DNA of 64,000 nt, taken from NCBI RefSeq assembly GCF_001194135.2, contig NC_068981.1, positions 100,607,043 through 100,671,042 of the forward strand, in the 5' to 3' direction. Made by a program: the position numbers and the translations under genes. The notes beneath the pieces were generated by a model, which ran no database searches, had not been told where the DNA came from, and saw only the letters and a list, made by a program, of their open reading frames with translations. Of this stretch, positions 38,974 to 51,167 are shown in pieces (position 1 is the first letter of the stretch; every line of letters starts with the position of its first letter). The DNA comes from Octopus bimaculoides. Taxonomy: Eukaryota.

Positions 38974-39950
38974 TACCATGAAGAAAATCCTTACAGAGCC
39001 CCAGTAGAGTTGGGGTGGAGTCAAAGTAGTTTCCACGATGTTGATGAACAATGTCATTGTAAAGAGAGAGAGGAAGCAAAAGAGAGAGAGAAACAAAGAC
39101 GGAGAGAAGAAAGAGAGAGAGAAGAGAGAGAGAGAGAAGAAAGAGAGAGAGAAGAAAGAGAGAGACAAAAAAGAGAGAGAGAAGAAAGAGAGAGAGAAGA
39201 AAAAGAGAGGGCAGAAAGAGAGAGAGAAGAAAGACGGAGAGAAAAGAGAGAGAGAAAAAAGAGAGAGAAAGAAGAAAGAATGAGAGAAAAGAGAGAGAGA
39301 AAAAAGCGTGAGAGAGAAGAAAGAATAAGAGAAAAGAAAGAGAAGAAAAAAAGAGAGCGAGAAGAAAGAGAGAGAGAGAGAAAAGAGAGAGAGAAAGAAA
39401 ATGAAAAAGAGGAAGAAAAGGAAAAAGAGGAAGAAAAGGAAAAAGAGGAAGAGGAAGAAAGTGAGAAACGTAGTGAAGAAGAAATTGAGAAACGTAGTGA
39501 GGAAGAAATTGAGAAACGTAGTGAGGAAGAAAGTGAGAAACGTAGTGAGGAANNNNNNNNNNAAACGTAGTGAGGAAGAAAGTGAGAAACGTAGTGAGGA
39601 AGAAATTGAGAAACGTAGTGAGGAAGAAATTGAGAAAGAGAGTGAGGAAGAAGAAGAAGAAGAAGAAACCGAAGAAGAGGAGGAAGAGGAGAGTGAAGAT
39701 GAGAAGTCATCTATAATTATTATGGCAGCTTCTGAACAGAGTGAAATCGATCAAGAGGAAACTTCTACGAATCTTGAAAGTAGCATTCAAATGGATGATA
39801 AAAACAAAAAAGAAGAAGAAGAAGAGGATAGTGATGATGATATACCTGTTAAGAGAGCTAACAACAAAGTAATAAGATATTCTCCAGGAGAATCACCTAC
39901 TAATATGTTTGGTGGCAACAGCAACTGGAGAGGTCCTATCTGGTTATGTA
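38974..39950 (+). CDS. GH63-type hydrolase exon M: giant exon with an E/R/K-rich low-complexity insertion (spans a 10-N gap)
   Basis: Strong poly-T tag acceptor followed by YHEENPY in phase 0; ends YSPGESPTNMFGGNSNWRGPIWLC then A|gtaagt. The frame is open on each side of the gap at 39553-39562 and joins if the true gap is 9+24n nt, i.e. the missing part of the 24-nt repeat unit. Confidence 0.78.
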
Positions 39951-41164
39951 GTAAGTACTATGCTTAACACTTTTTTTTATTTCTGTTGAAATACAATGCT
40001 TATCATCATCATCATCATCATTTTAATGTCTACTTTCTATACTTGCATGGGTTGGAGGAAGTTTTACTGTGGCTGGTTTTCTGCAGCTGGATCCTCTCCT
40101 TACCTGTTTCCAAACAAGGTAATATTTCCCCATGGCCAGACATTTTCACAGAATACTGAAAATGAATGACATTCATTTACATTATGCAAAGGCAAGGAGA
40201 CCCAAAGAAACACTCACTCATGCACACATACGTACGTACATTCATACATAACTAAATACACACACACACACACACACACACATACACACACATACACACA
40301 CAGAAGCTTTCTTTTCAATTTCATTATCATCACCATTTAACGTTCGCCTTCCATGCTGGCATGGGTTGGATGGCTTGACAGGAGCCTGCACCAAACTTCT
40401 GTGTCTGTTTTGGCAGGGTTTTTACAACTGGATATCCTTCCTAACACCAACTACCCAGCAGAGTGGACTGAGTGCTTTTTACATGGCACAAGCACAAACA
40501 AGGTCAGTTTTGATAGTTTTGACAGCTGGAAGCCCTTCTGAACACCAACCACTTTACAGTGTAGCATTTCCAAAGATGGACTCAGGTAAAGTTGGTATCA
40601 AAAGGGTTAAACATTTGACTTAGATAATGCTAGAATGCTAATGGTATTTGGTATGTCAATGTATTCCTTACATAGATGCTAATTTGACTACCTGCATGAT
40701 TTCAGTAAGCATTTTCTTTCTACCAAAAACTAACTGCCACTAAGATTTATAGTATGGATAGATTTCAACAAATAGCGTTATTATGAATTCAATCAGTCAG
40801 AATTTTAATAGGTTAATTAGTTGTGTATGTGACAGAGCATTGGTGTATATAGAGAGAAGTTGGGCATAAAAGGAATTAGATGCAGTGTACAAGAGTGCTT
40901 ACTGCATTGGTTTTGTCATGTAATGCACATGGATGAAGATAGTTGCATAAAGATGTGCTGATCACTTAAAGTGGAAGAAAGTTGTGGAAGAAGGAGACCT
41001 AGGAAAACATGGAAAAAAAGAAGTATGGAAGGCTGATCTCAAAATGCTGAACCTTACAAAGGAGATGACAGAGGACAAAGATATGTGGCACATTGCTGTA
41101 CTCAAGAAGACCCACCCACCACAACAGAAAAGTATTAGTGTGGGTGATGGTCCCACATAAAAAG

Positions 41165-41195
<31 letters not shown>

Positions 41196-41276
41196 TCTGT
41201 ATATATCATATGTATACAAGTGAGTGGACAAACAAAAGAAGAGTACTCAACCAATTTATTGGGAGTTACATGTATG

Positions 41277-41413
41277 GATCAAAACAGTTTGATTTAAATT
41301 CGTTGGACTCTTGAGTTTCAAGCATGATGCTAGTCATCAGCCAAATGGCCGATGACTAGCATCACACTTAAAACTCAAGAGTACCAGCCAATTTGAATCA
41401 AACTGTTTTGATC
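41277..41413. repeat. Near-perfect 137-nt hairpin (~67-bp arms, 2-nt loop)
   Basis: GATCAAAACAGTTTGATT...GTCATCAGCCA-aa-TGGCCGATGAC...AATCAAACTGTTTTGATC. Confidence 0.92.
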
Positions 41414-41552
41414 TATATCATATATATATCATTCATGTTTGTGTGAGCCGGGGAAAATAGATATTAAAACCATGATGGTGATGATGATTTTATATTTATA
41501 CTCACACACACACACACATATGTAAAACAAAAGAAATATAAGCAGGAAATTC

Positions 41553-42647
41553 ATCATCATCATCATCATCGTCGTTTAACGTCCGCTTTCCATGCTAGCA
41601 TGGGTTGGACGATTTGACTGAGGACTGGTGAAACCGGATGGCAACACCAGGCTCCAATCTAATTTGGCAGAGTTTCTACAGCTGGATGCCCTTCCTAACG
41701 CCAACCACTCAGAGAGTGTAGTGGGTGCTTTTACGTGTCACCCGCACGAAAACGGCCACGCTCGAAATGGTGTCTTTTATGTGCCNNNNNNNNNNNNNNN
41801 NNNNNNNNNNNNNNNNNNNNNNNNNNNNNNNNNNNNNNNNNNNNNNNNNNNNNNNNNNNNNNNNNNNNNNNNNNNNNNNNNNNNNNNNNNNNNNNNNNNN
41901 NNNNNNNNNNNNNNNNNNNNNNNNNNNNNNNNNNNNNNNNNNNNNNNNNNNNNNNNNNNNNNNNNNNNNNNNNNNNNNNNNNNNNNNNNNNNNNNNNNNN
42001 NNNNNNNNNNNNNNNNNNNNNNNNNNNNNNNNNNNNNNNNNNNNNNNNNNNNNNNNNNNNNNNNNNNNNNNNNNNNNNNNNNNNNNNNNNNNNNNNNNNN
42101 NNNNNNNNNNNNNNNNNNNNNNNNNNNNNNNNNNNNNNNNNNNNNNNNNNNNNNNNNNNNNNNNNNNNNNNNNNNNNNNNNNNNNNNNNNNNNNNNNNNN
42201 NNNNNNNNNNNNNNNNNNNNNNNNNNNNNNNNNNNNNNNNNNNNNNNNNNNNNNNNNNNNNNNNNNNNNNNNNNNNNNNNNNNNNNNNNNNNNNNNNNNN
42301 NNNNNNNNNNNNNNNNNNACTCTGACGGGTATTCACATTGACATTACACATCCAACGGAGCATACTGGCTTCATTCCTTGCGAGCTTACGTATGTCCTCA
42401 GCAGTTACAGCCCATGTTTCACTGCCATGTAGCATGGCTGTTCGTACGCATGCGTCATACAGTCTGCCTTTTACTCTGAGTGAGAGTCCCTTTGTCGCCA
42501 GCAGGGGTAAGAGCTCTCTAAACTTTGCCCAGGCTATTCTTATTCTAGCAGCTACACTTTCAGTGCACCCACTCCCACTACTAACTTGGTCGCCCAGATA
42601 GCGGAAGCTATCGACTACCTCTAGTTTTTCACCCTGGAATGAGATTG
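41553..42647 (-). mobile_element. 5'-truncated RTE LINE spanning an N-gap
   Basis: Intact-looking peptide FQGEKLEVVDSFRYLGD...LHGSETWAVT at 42319-42647; (GAT)n-tailed 3' UTR at 41553-41785. Confidence 0.85.
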
Positions 42648-42749
42648 AATTGTACAAATTCTTGAAGCTCTTGCTTCTCAACTAAATAACCAATAAAATG
42701 GTTGTTATATAAAGAATGATGATATCTTCTAACTTTGTTCTGTTTCCAG

Positions 42750-42929
42750 TGAACTACCTGCTCCATGAATGTTTAGATATTTACTATAAAGCATATGGTA
42801 ATGAGTTCACTGTAGAGTTCCCCACTGGATCAAGGGATAGAAAGAACCTCCGAGATATCAGAAAAGAAATATCCAAAAGAATTGTATCTCTTTTCCTACC
42901 AAACAGAGAAGGCTACCGACCAATTCATG
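42750..42929 (+). CDS. GH63-type hydrolase exon N
   Basis: tgtttccag acceptor; (M)NYLLHECLDIYYKAYGNEFTVEFPTGSRDRKNLRDIRKEISKRIVSLFLPNREGYRPIH containing VExPTGS; donor gtaagt; phase 1/1. Confidence 0.94.
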
Positions 42930-43938
42930 GTAAGTAATCTTTTTTATTTATTCATTTAATGTCTTTGACATCGAATCCAACCAGAATACTGAGCCACTCT
43001 TATCATCATTATCATTATCATCATCATTTGACATCCATTTTCCATGCTGGCACAAGATGGATGGTTTGACAAGAGCTGGTAAGGCCAGGGCTCCATTGTC
43101 TGTTTCTATTGTCTGTTCTGGCATGGTTTCAACAGCTGGATGCCCTTCTTAACACCAACCATTTCACAGAATGTACTCAGTGCAATTTAAGTGGTCAGCA
43201 CTTCTGTATGAAACTGCCTACATCCATACACATCACATGACCAAAACAGCACAGTCTTCTCTCTTGCACACTCATCTAATTTTTCTTATACCCAACTTTT
43301 CCCTCAAAACACGAACACTCTGTCACATATGTATACTGACATTGCACATCCAGCAAAGCAAATAAGCAGGTAAATTTATTTGATAATTTAGATGCTTAGC
43401 ATTCATTTTGAGCAATTAATCGTAAGTTTTCATTTCTCTTAATTCAAACAAAATGAAGATAATAGAAATTCTATTGGAAAAGAATTATTTTTGAATCATT
43501 CGATGTGCTTTAAACCATTTTGTAAAGAAGCATAGCTGTATGGTAAGAAGCTTGCTTTCCACCCACATGGTTCTGGGTTCAGGCCCACTGTTGGCACCTT
43601 GGACAAACGTCTTCTACTATAGCTGTGAGTGGATTTGGTAGACAAAAACTGAAAGAAGCCCATTGTATATATGTGTGTGTATATATTTATGTCCCTCCAC
43701 CATCACTTCACAACCAATGTTGGGGGTGCGTTTATGCTCCCATAACTTCATGGTTTGGCAAAAGAAACCGATAGAATAAATACTAGGCTTACAAAGAATA
43801 AGTCCTAAGGTTGATTTCTTCAACTAAAAAAACTCTTTAAGGCAATGCTCCAGCATGACCACAGTCAAATGACTGAAACAAGTAAAAGAATAAAAGAATA
43901 TATAAAATTTCTTATATATTTATTTATTTATTTTCTAG

Positions 43939-44032
43939 GTAATGAACCACTTTACCAAAAAGATTATTTACAACATATAGTACTGTTCTACGAATATTTT
44001 AATGCAGAAAATGGACTCGGTTGTGGTGCTAG
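43939..44032 (+). CDS. GH63-type hydrolase exon O (contains the LFYEYF putative catalytic Glu motif)
   Basis: ttttctag acceptor; (G)NEPLYQKDYLQHIVLFYEYFNAENGLGCGA(S); donor gtgagt; phase 1 in, phase 2 out. Confidence 0.94.
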
Positions 44033-46641
44033 GTGAGTATATCATTATAGTTTATAATTCATTTTTGGAACAGTGGATCTCAAAGTACACATAAAGCTAT
44101 AAATCATAGCATGTGATTAGTTAATTTTTTTTTTTATGGAAATGGAAGTATGTGCATGTTAACCATTTTGTAACCATATTCCTAAAATACTTTGTTTTTG
44201 TATTCAAATTAAGTTTTAAAATAGTCCAGAATTAGAAAGGTTTTAATAATAGGTATTCACCTTTTGTTTGAAACAGCACTTAATAAAATGTTCTTACATT
44301 AATTTATAATGAAAGATTTATTTTCATATTGCTATACTTGGGGATGTTTGTTTTTTTTGCCAATTAAACACGCACTATTTATTCGATCTTAACTTTAGTT
44401 TTAATTCATATTATTTTCCATTTATGTCTGTCAAAGCTCTCTGGCTATACACTTCCTGTCCCATACGTCTCATCCTGCTTATTTCATTTTGTCCTTCTGT
44501 GGTATATATCTCTATATGTGCATGTGTTTACGTCTGTGTGTATATGTGTGTGTTTGTCTGTGTCTAGTATGTGTGTCCCATGTGCATGTTTAACATCTTA
44601 TCTGTCATCATCATCTTCTAACATCTGTTCTCCATGCTGGCAGGGGTTGGATGGTTTGACAGGATTTGGCCAGCTCAAAGGCTGCCCAGGCTCCAGTTGT
44701 TTGTTTTGGCATGGTTTCTATGGCTGAATACCCTTCCTAATGCCAACCATTTTACAGAATGTACTGGGTGCTTTTACATGGTACCAGCATGGGCACTTTT
44801 GTATCATGTAATTCTCTTTTCCAAAATATAAACAACTATTTTTTGATTTGTAAACATAACATTGAAATATGGCACTTTCATAATGTAGTTTATTTGTGAT
44901 AAATATATGGTTTCGCATTTTATTCCAGTATACTATCACAAATTTGTATTTACATGCACAGAATCATACATTTGGCCCCTATAAAATGATTATAAAATAT
45001 CTTTCAATAAATGCATAATGAAGTATACTAAATTTGTTTTTGCTTAATTTTTCTCACAAAGTTTACTGTAAAACAGGGGCACATCTTATGTATGAGCATG
45101 TCTTATACTCTGGCAAATATGCAAATATACATGGTAGATAATTAGGGAGCTTTTACAAGTCCACAGAGGAGCTTCTATGCATTCATTCAGCCTTCTAGAA
45201 CAACCAAATTTTCATTAAATCAAAGTCAACCATCTTAGGAAAAAACAAAAAAATGTGACATTACATTGGACAATGTAGTATTAAATATACATCATAAAAG
45301 GTGAAAGACGGGATGATCACAGATAGAATGCATTTCATCATAAGTCTGCTCAGTCTGGAAAGACCTTGGTTTAAACAAAAACATTAGTCTGTTTCATTTT
45401 ATTTTGAAATAACTACAGAGTATTTTTATTATCGTTAATATCACCTAACAGAAATTGCATTAATATGTTACACTAACATAAGGCGACCAGCTGGTAGAAT
45501 TGTTAGCACACCAGACAAAATACTTAGTGGCATTTCATCCATCTTTACATTCCTAGGGAAAATTCCACTGAGGTCGACTTTACCTTTCATCCTTTCAGAA
45601 TCAATAAAATAAATACCAGTTGAGCACTGGGGTTGATGTAATTGACTTACCTTCACCCCAAAACTTGCTGACCTTGTGCCAAAATTTGAGGCCAATATAT
45701 TACACTAACATTGCCTTAGTTATAAATCTAAGTAATATGTTGTTTTTATTTTTTCTGATCAACCTAGTTATGAAGATATGTGACAGTGTTGCTCGCATAA
45801 GTTAAGATGGTTAGATTCTAACTGCAAACAAAGAAATTATGCTTTTATCTGAAAAGTCATTCACTCGTAGTGGAAAGGGCAGCCAAGTAAACAAAATAGT
45901 TACACCTACAATATGCAAACATTTAAATCAAATGTATTAGCTTAAAAGCATGAAACTAAAATATGTTGTCATCATTGGTGGGGGTAGTGGCACTTTTGTT
46001 ATTGCTGCTACTACTTAAACCTAGGTCAAGCAGACCTATGATCAAAGGCATTCCAACCATGACTATACCAAGGAGTTCTTTGTCAAAGGTGTCAATACCT
46101 TTTTGAGATACTAGGGAGTGATTTTAGAAAGATTTGGCTGCTATTTCTTGCAGGCTCCCCTATAAGTGTTTAGAGGTGTATTGATCAGTCAGTTTGTTTA
46201 TTTTATAGTGTTCATAAAAGGCATAAAAGAACTTGTTTTTTTCATTATCTTCAATCAACTATCCATTCCTCACTCTTAACATGAATTAGAAAGTCCATAT
46301 TTTAAAAATTTTGTATATATTCGTGTGTGTGTGTGTGTGTGTGACCTGTTTGACTATTGATGTTGGTTTGTTTACATCCCAGTAACTTAGTAGTTTGGCA
46401 AAAGAAACCAATAGAATCAGTACCAGACCTTAAAAACCTAGTACCAGGGTCAATTCGTTTGCCTAAAACTCTTCAAAGTGGTGCTTCAGCATGACCAGAG
46501 TCAAATGATTTAAACAAGTAAAAGATTAAAGATTTTGATGACTAGAAATATTTTCTGTTCTTATACAGGTAAAAAAATACAAGAATCCAAAATATTTTCC
46601 CATGCTTATTTTAATCTTATATCATCTTTTCTTTTTTACAG

Positions 46642-46699
46642 TCATCAAACTGGATGGAGTTCTCTAGTCGTGGAATTTATCAGAAATTTACATTCTTGA
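46642..46699 (+). CDS. GH63-type hydrolase terminal exon
   Basis: ttttttacag acceptor; (S)HQTGWSSLVVEFIRNLHS-TGA completes the C-terminal GASHQTGW motif; ATTAAA at 46710 and 46770 are possible poly(A) signals. Confidence 0.93.
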
Positions 46700-48778
46700 C
46701 ACCAAGTTAATTAAATTTCCTTGGTTTTTAACTCACTAGTAGTCATTCTCTTATTTATTTTCCACAAATATTAAATTTTTTATTTTTCTATCAAAGTACA
46801 TTTGAACATCCTATGTTTTAATCAGCTTATCTCTTTATCATTCATTCAATCTTTTTTCCAAATATATCATGTTTAAGATTGCTTTCAACTTAGTTCCTAG
46901 TTAAATTGAAAACATGCACACACAATGTTGATGGACTCTCTTGTCATGGATGACAGGTGAAGTTACCACAATTTCTTGTTGAATAACCTGTAGATGAATT
47001 GTTTATAGCAGTCAAATGTCTTTGCTGTACATTAGCTCACTTTCTCCATGAAATTAGCATTACCTGTACAGATGTCAAAGTGATTGCAGAGCAATGTGAA
47101 ATGAAATGCTTTGCTCAAGAGCACCACACTCTATTGGTTTGGGAATCAAAAGCACAATCTTAAAATCATATGTGCAATATGCTAACCAATAGGTCACTAC
47201 CCTCACTTGAGGGCTCACAAGATACATTTAACCCATGAGCATTTAAACTGGTTATGTCCAGCCAAAATATTCTACATGTTTTACATTCAAACCAGCCAGA
47301 TCAGGCCTCTCACAATTATTCTACAATGTCAATCTAAAAATAAACATTCATGTTATAACAATCTTGAAGCTACAAGATAATATATGATTAGTTCAAAACA
47401 ATGTGAATAAATAAGCATTGCCTATGACAGATGCTAAAGACAAGATGCTTATGACAGATGCTGAATGCTTAAGAATTATTTATATATACATGGATATAGA
47501 TAAAGTTTGGCTAGGATTAGTATATGTCAAATGCTGTTTTGGGGTAATGACTGATGGAAAAGAATTCTTCTATGCTACATCTCACTACTAATCAAAAATA
47601 TATAGCAAGTAGTGAAACTGGATATATTTACATGGTAAATTTGAACATTTATTTAAATACAATATAAGTTGTATTTATATAAGTTTTTGGCAGTAAAAAA
47701 TAGACTAGAAGAAGGTAGAAGTATATTGGCCAAATTGGTGTTAACATAATTAATGTAGAGAGCAAGAAAATATTCATTAACATTATATTCATCAGCTTAG
47801 TGATTAATTCCGATGAAGAAAAGCATGAAGGGCAACTCAAAAATGCTAATTATCTAAAATTAATCAGAAAATATAATTCCATTATGCAATACAATGAAAG
47901 AGAGTATTATCTTTGACAAGTACAGTAAAAAGGTGTAGTATGGCTGATGGCCAAGAAGTTTGCAACCATAAGGTCCCAGGTTCAATCTTAGACAAGTGTA
48001 TTTTACTTTAGTTTCAGACTTGTCCAAGACTTGTGAGTGAAATAGGATAGACAGAAACTGTGTGGAAACCAGTCAGATTGAATGTACATGTAATTCAAAT
48101 GTCCCACTATGATACACAGCTGATTCTGCCTGAGGCTTATATTAACAATACGTTGGTGGAATACTCAGCCATCTACATGCTAATACAGTGAGCAGGTAGT
48201 TCAGTAGATCAAACAAATCGAACACTCATCATGAAAACCATTGAAAGTCTATTTTTAAACTAGTGATTCAAGACATGTTTCTGTCTTATTAAACCTCTTC
48301 TGCAAAGTACAGTTTTTCTCAGCATCACCAGACCTTAAGATGCTTAAAAAATAGAGTTTAAGGGAATAAGCATTGATAGGCATGACAACCTAAAATGGCA
48401 TGGTGAGACAGGGAAAGAAGTATCTTGTGACACATTATGCTTGTAAAACAAATAAATTGGTACTAACATACTTAATGTATGTCATAAACTAAAGATTTTA
48501 ATTAATTAATTTTTTTAAAAAAACCATGTTCTACTAAGGAGTTCTAATAAGACCAAATAATGATTTCAAATTTTGGCACAAGGCCAGAAATTTCGGGAGA
48601 ATGGGTAAGCCAATTACATCAATCCCCAGTACTCAACTGGTATTTATTTTATTGGCCCCAAAAGGATGAAAGATAAAGTCAACTTTCAGCAGCATTTGAA
48701 CTCAGAACATAAAGACGGATGAAATGCCACTAAGCATTTTACCTGACACAGTAAAGAGTCAGACAAAAAATAATAATA

Positions 48779-49140
48779 ACAAGAGCACTCAGAGAGTGCA
48801 AACCTCTGCCAAGGCAACACCAACGTCCTCTCAATGATTAGCCAGAGATGATTTTTAAAATGAGAATATCTGAAATAAACTTGACTGCTCTCACAAACGA
48901 GAATACTAAAAATGAACCCAACCACTCTCAGAAATTAAGTAAAAAAACAGGAAAAATAATCCAGAATCCTTGTCCACTACTAGATCGATACCAAAATCTA
49001 ATCAGTTTGTGCCAGTCACGAGGTCAAACATCTCTGAAAGTTTCATCCAAAACCATCAAGCAGTTCTTGAGATATCTCGTCCATGGACAAACAAACACGA
49101 CTGAAAACAATACCTCCACCTTCACTAAGGTGGAGGTAAT
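48779..49140 (+). mobile_element. Non-autonomous Helentron/DINE-1-like element
   Basis: 5' hairpin GCACTC-aga-GAGTGC; subterminal ACCTCTGCC; 3' 12-bp stem-loop TACCTCCACCTT-cact-AAGGTGGAGGTA; inserted in (AAT)n with no TSD visible. Confidence 0.65.
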
Positions 49141-51167
49141 AATAATAAAGGGTAAAGTGCCTCTTCAGTCATGAATGACTATGGGATTGCACCTAGAAAG
49201 TTACCCTCCGAGGTATAAGTCCAGGCAAGATTGTTTATGGAGGATCAACAGTCGCCCATGGATACCAGCTTCCCCTTCTCCACACCGTCAATGTTATCCA
49301 AGGGAAAGGCAAAAGGCCGATAAACCTTTGCACCAGTGACATTGCAAATCATTTCTACAGCTAAGTGAACTGGAACAACATGAAATAAAGTGTCTTGCTC
49401 AAGAATACAACAGAGCCTGGTTTGGGAATCAAACTCACCACCTCATGATTATGAGCCCAATGCTCTAACCACTGAGCCATGCACCTACCCTTTAATGATA
49501 ATGATGATGATTTCTAATATGGGCATAGGGCCTCAAAATTGATGGAACAATATAATTGATTAAATTGACTCCAGTACTTGATTGGTACTTTATTTTATTA
49601 ATCTTTGAAGGATAAAAAGTAAAATTGGTCTTAAAAAATTTGAACCTAAAGTGGCTCTAGGCCCAATAACACAACTAGCACCAGCCTGATAAACAGACAT
49701 CACTATACCATTGCTCAAAAAAAGAATATCCATTAATATCCAAGCATGACTGTGTGTTAAGAAGTCTCCCAACTATCTGGTTCCCGGTCCAGTCTCAATG
49801 TGTAACACCTTGAGCAAGTGTTTTCTGTTTTCGCCCTGGGCCAACGAAAGCTTTGTGAATGGATTTGGTCGGTAAAAACTGAAAGAAGCCCCATCAAATG
49901 TGTGTGTATGTTTGTCATTATCTCCTTGCCTTGACATCACGTGATAGTTGTGGTAGTCAGAAATGAATATCTCTGTCATGCAAGTGGTACCCTTTATTCC
50001 CAGTCTTCCACGAAAATATGTCTGATTGTCTGGTCATAGGACAACATTACCTTACTTGGAAACAGGTGAGGGTTAGCAACAGAAAGGGTACTTGGCTGTA
50101 GAAAATCTGACTTGGCAAAATTCTGACTGACCCAACGAAAAAGAAGACAAAAACGTTGAATGATATCAGTGTAAGTAATGCTTTGATGTATTTTGATGAT
50201 ATTGCTTTTTATCTAATATAAATTACATTTTGCTAATGTCTTCTCTAATCACTCATTAGCTACCAAGCGTAAATATTTAAATGAACACAAGATAAATCAA
50301 CATCAGACAAATTCCGTCTTAAACAAAGAATGATGAACAATATAAATGTCATTTGACCCAAGGTTAAAAGGAGAGATGCATATTTTAAATTTGATGTATA
50401 TAGATGATAGAACAAGCAAATCTCTGCTTCATTAGATGCAAATATATTCATACTTAATAAAAATGATTACGATCTAAATAAAACTGAAAAAGTATAACAA
50501 GAGAAATATATTTTCATACTACATGCATATTTTACTGCTCTCCTCTGCAAGCAAAATATGTCACTGGACTGGCTAGAAACAGTGGCCAAATCTTTGTAAA
50601 TCATATTTTACCATATTAAAAATAAGGACACATTAAGGCATTAGACAAAATACCTAGCTGGTTTTCTGTGTGTGTGTGTGTATTGATTTACCAAATGGCA
50701 ATAAATTATAGAATATGTAAAAGTAGGGTATTATTTAAGAAATTTTAACTGAATGGCTCGAAAAAAATGCATATATGTGTGTGTATTCATTCCTTCATTT
50801 AACAGCCATTTTCCATGCTAGCTTGAGATTGTGTGGGAAGTTATTTGAAGTAAGAGTAACCAGTCATAACATCAACAGAGAATGTCAACATCCACACTGC
50901 TATTGCTCAAGTGGTGACAAGCATGAATTATAAACACACACACACACACACACACACTGCATGTGTGTTATTTCTCTCCAAGTATTGCAGACGTTTTATA
51001 TTCAGCATCTTGTGTCTCAATCATATAACATTATCTCTATCACTATGATCTAACAAAACCTTTAACAGTCAAATCCCTACACATCATATGATACCATCTT
51101 AAAAAAGGATGGACACATTAATAAACAAAACAGATAAGTTGTTCATGACTGAAACACCTTTGGTGAT

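Noticed and set aside
39059-39887. Intron using donor gtaaag (39059) and acceptor ttctccag (39887) to remove the charged tract
   Set aside because: The join gives T+GA, an in-frame stop, and deletes the conserved Y-S-P. A weaker in-frame alternative (39004-39853) is kept as a test in the first finding.
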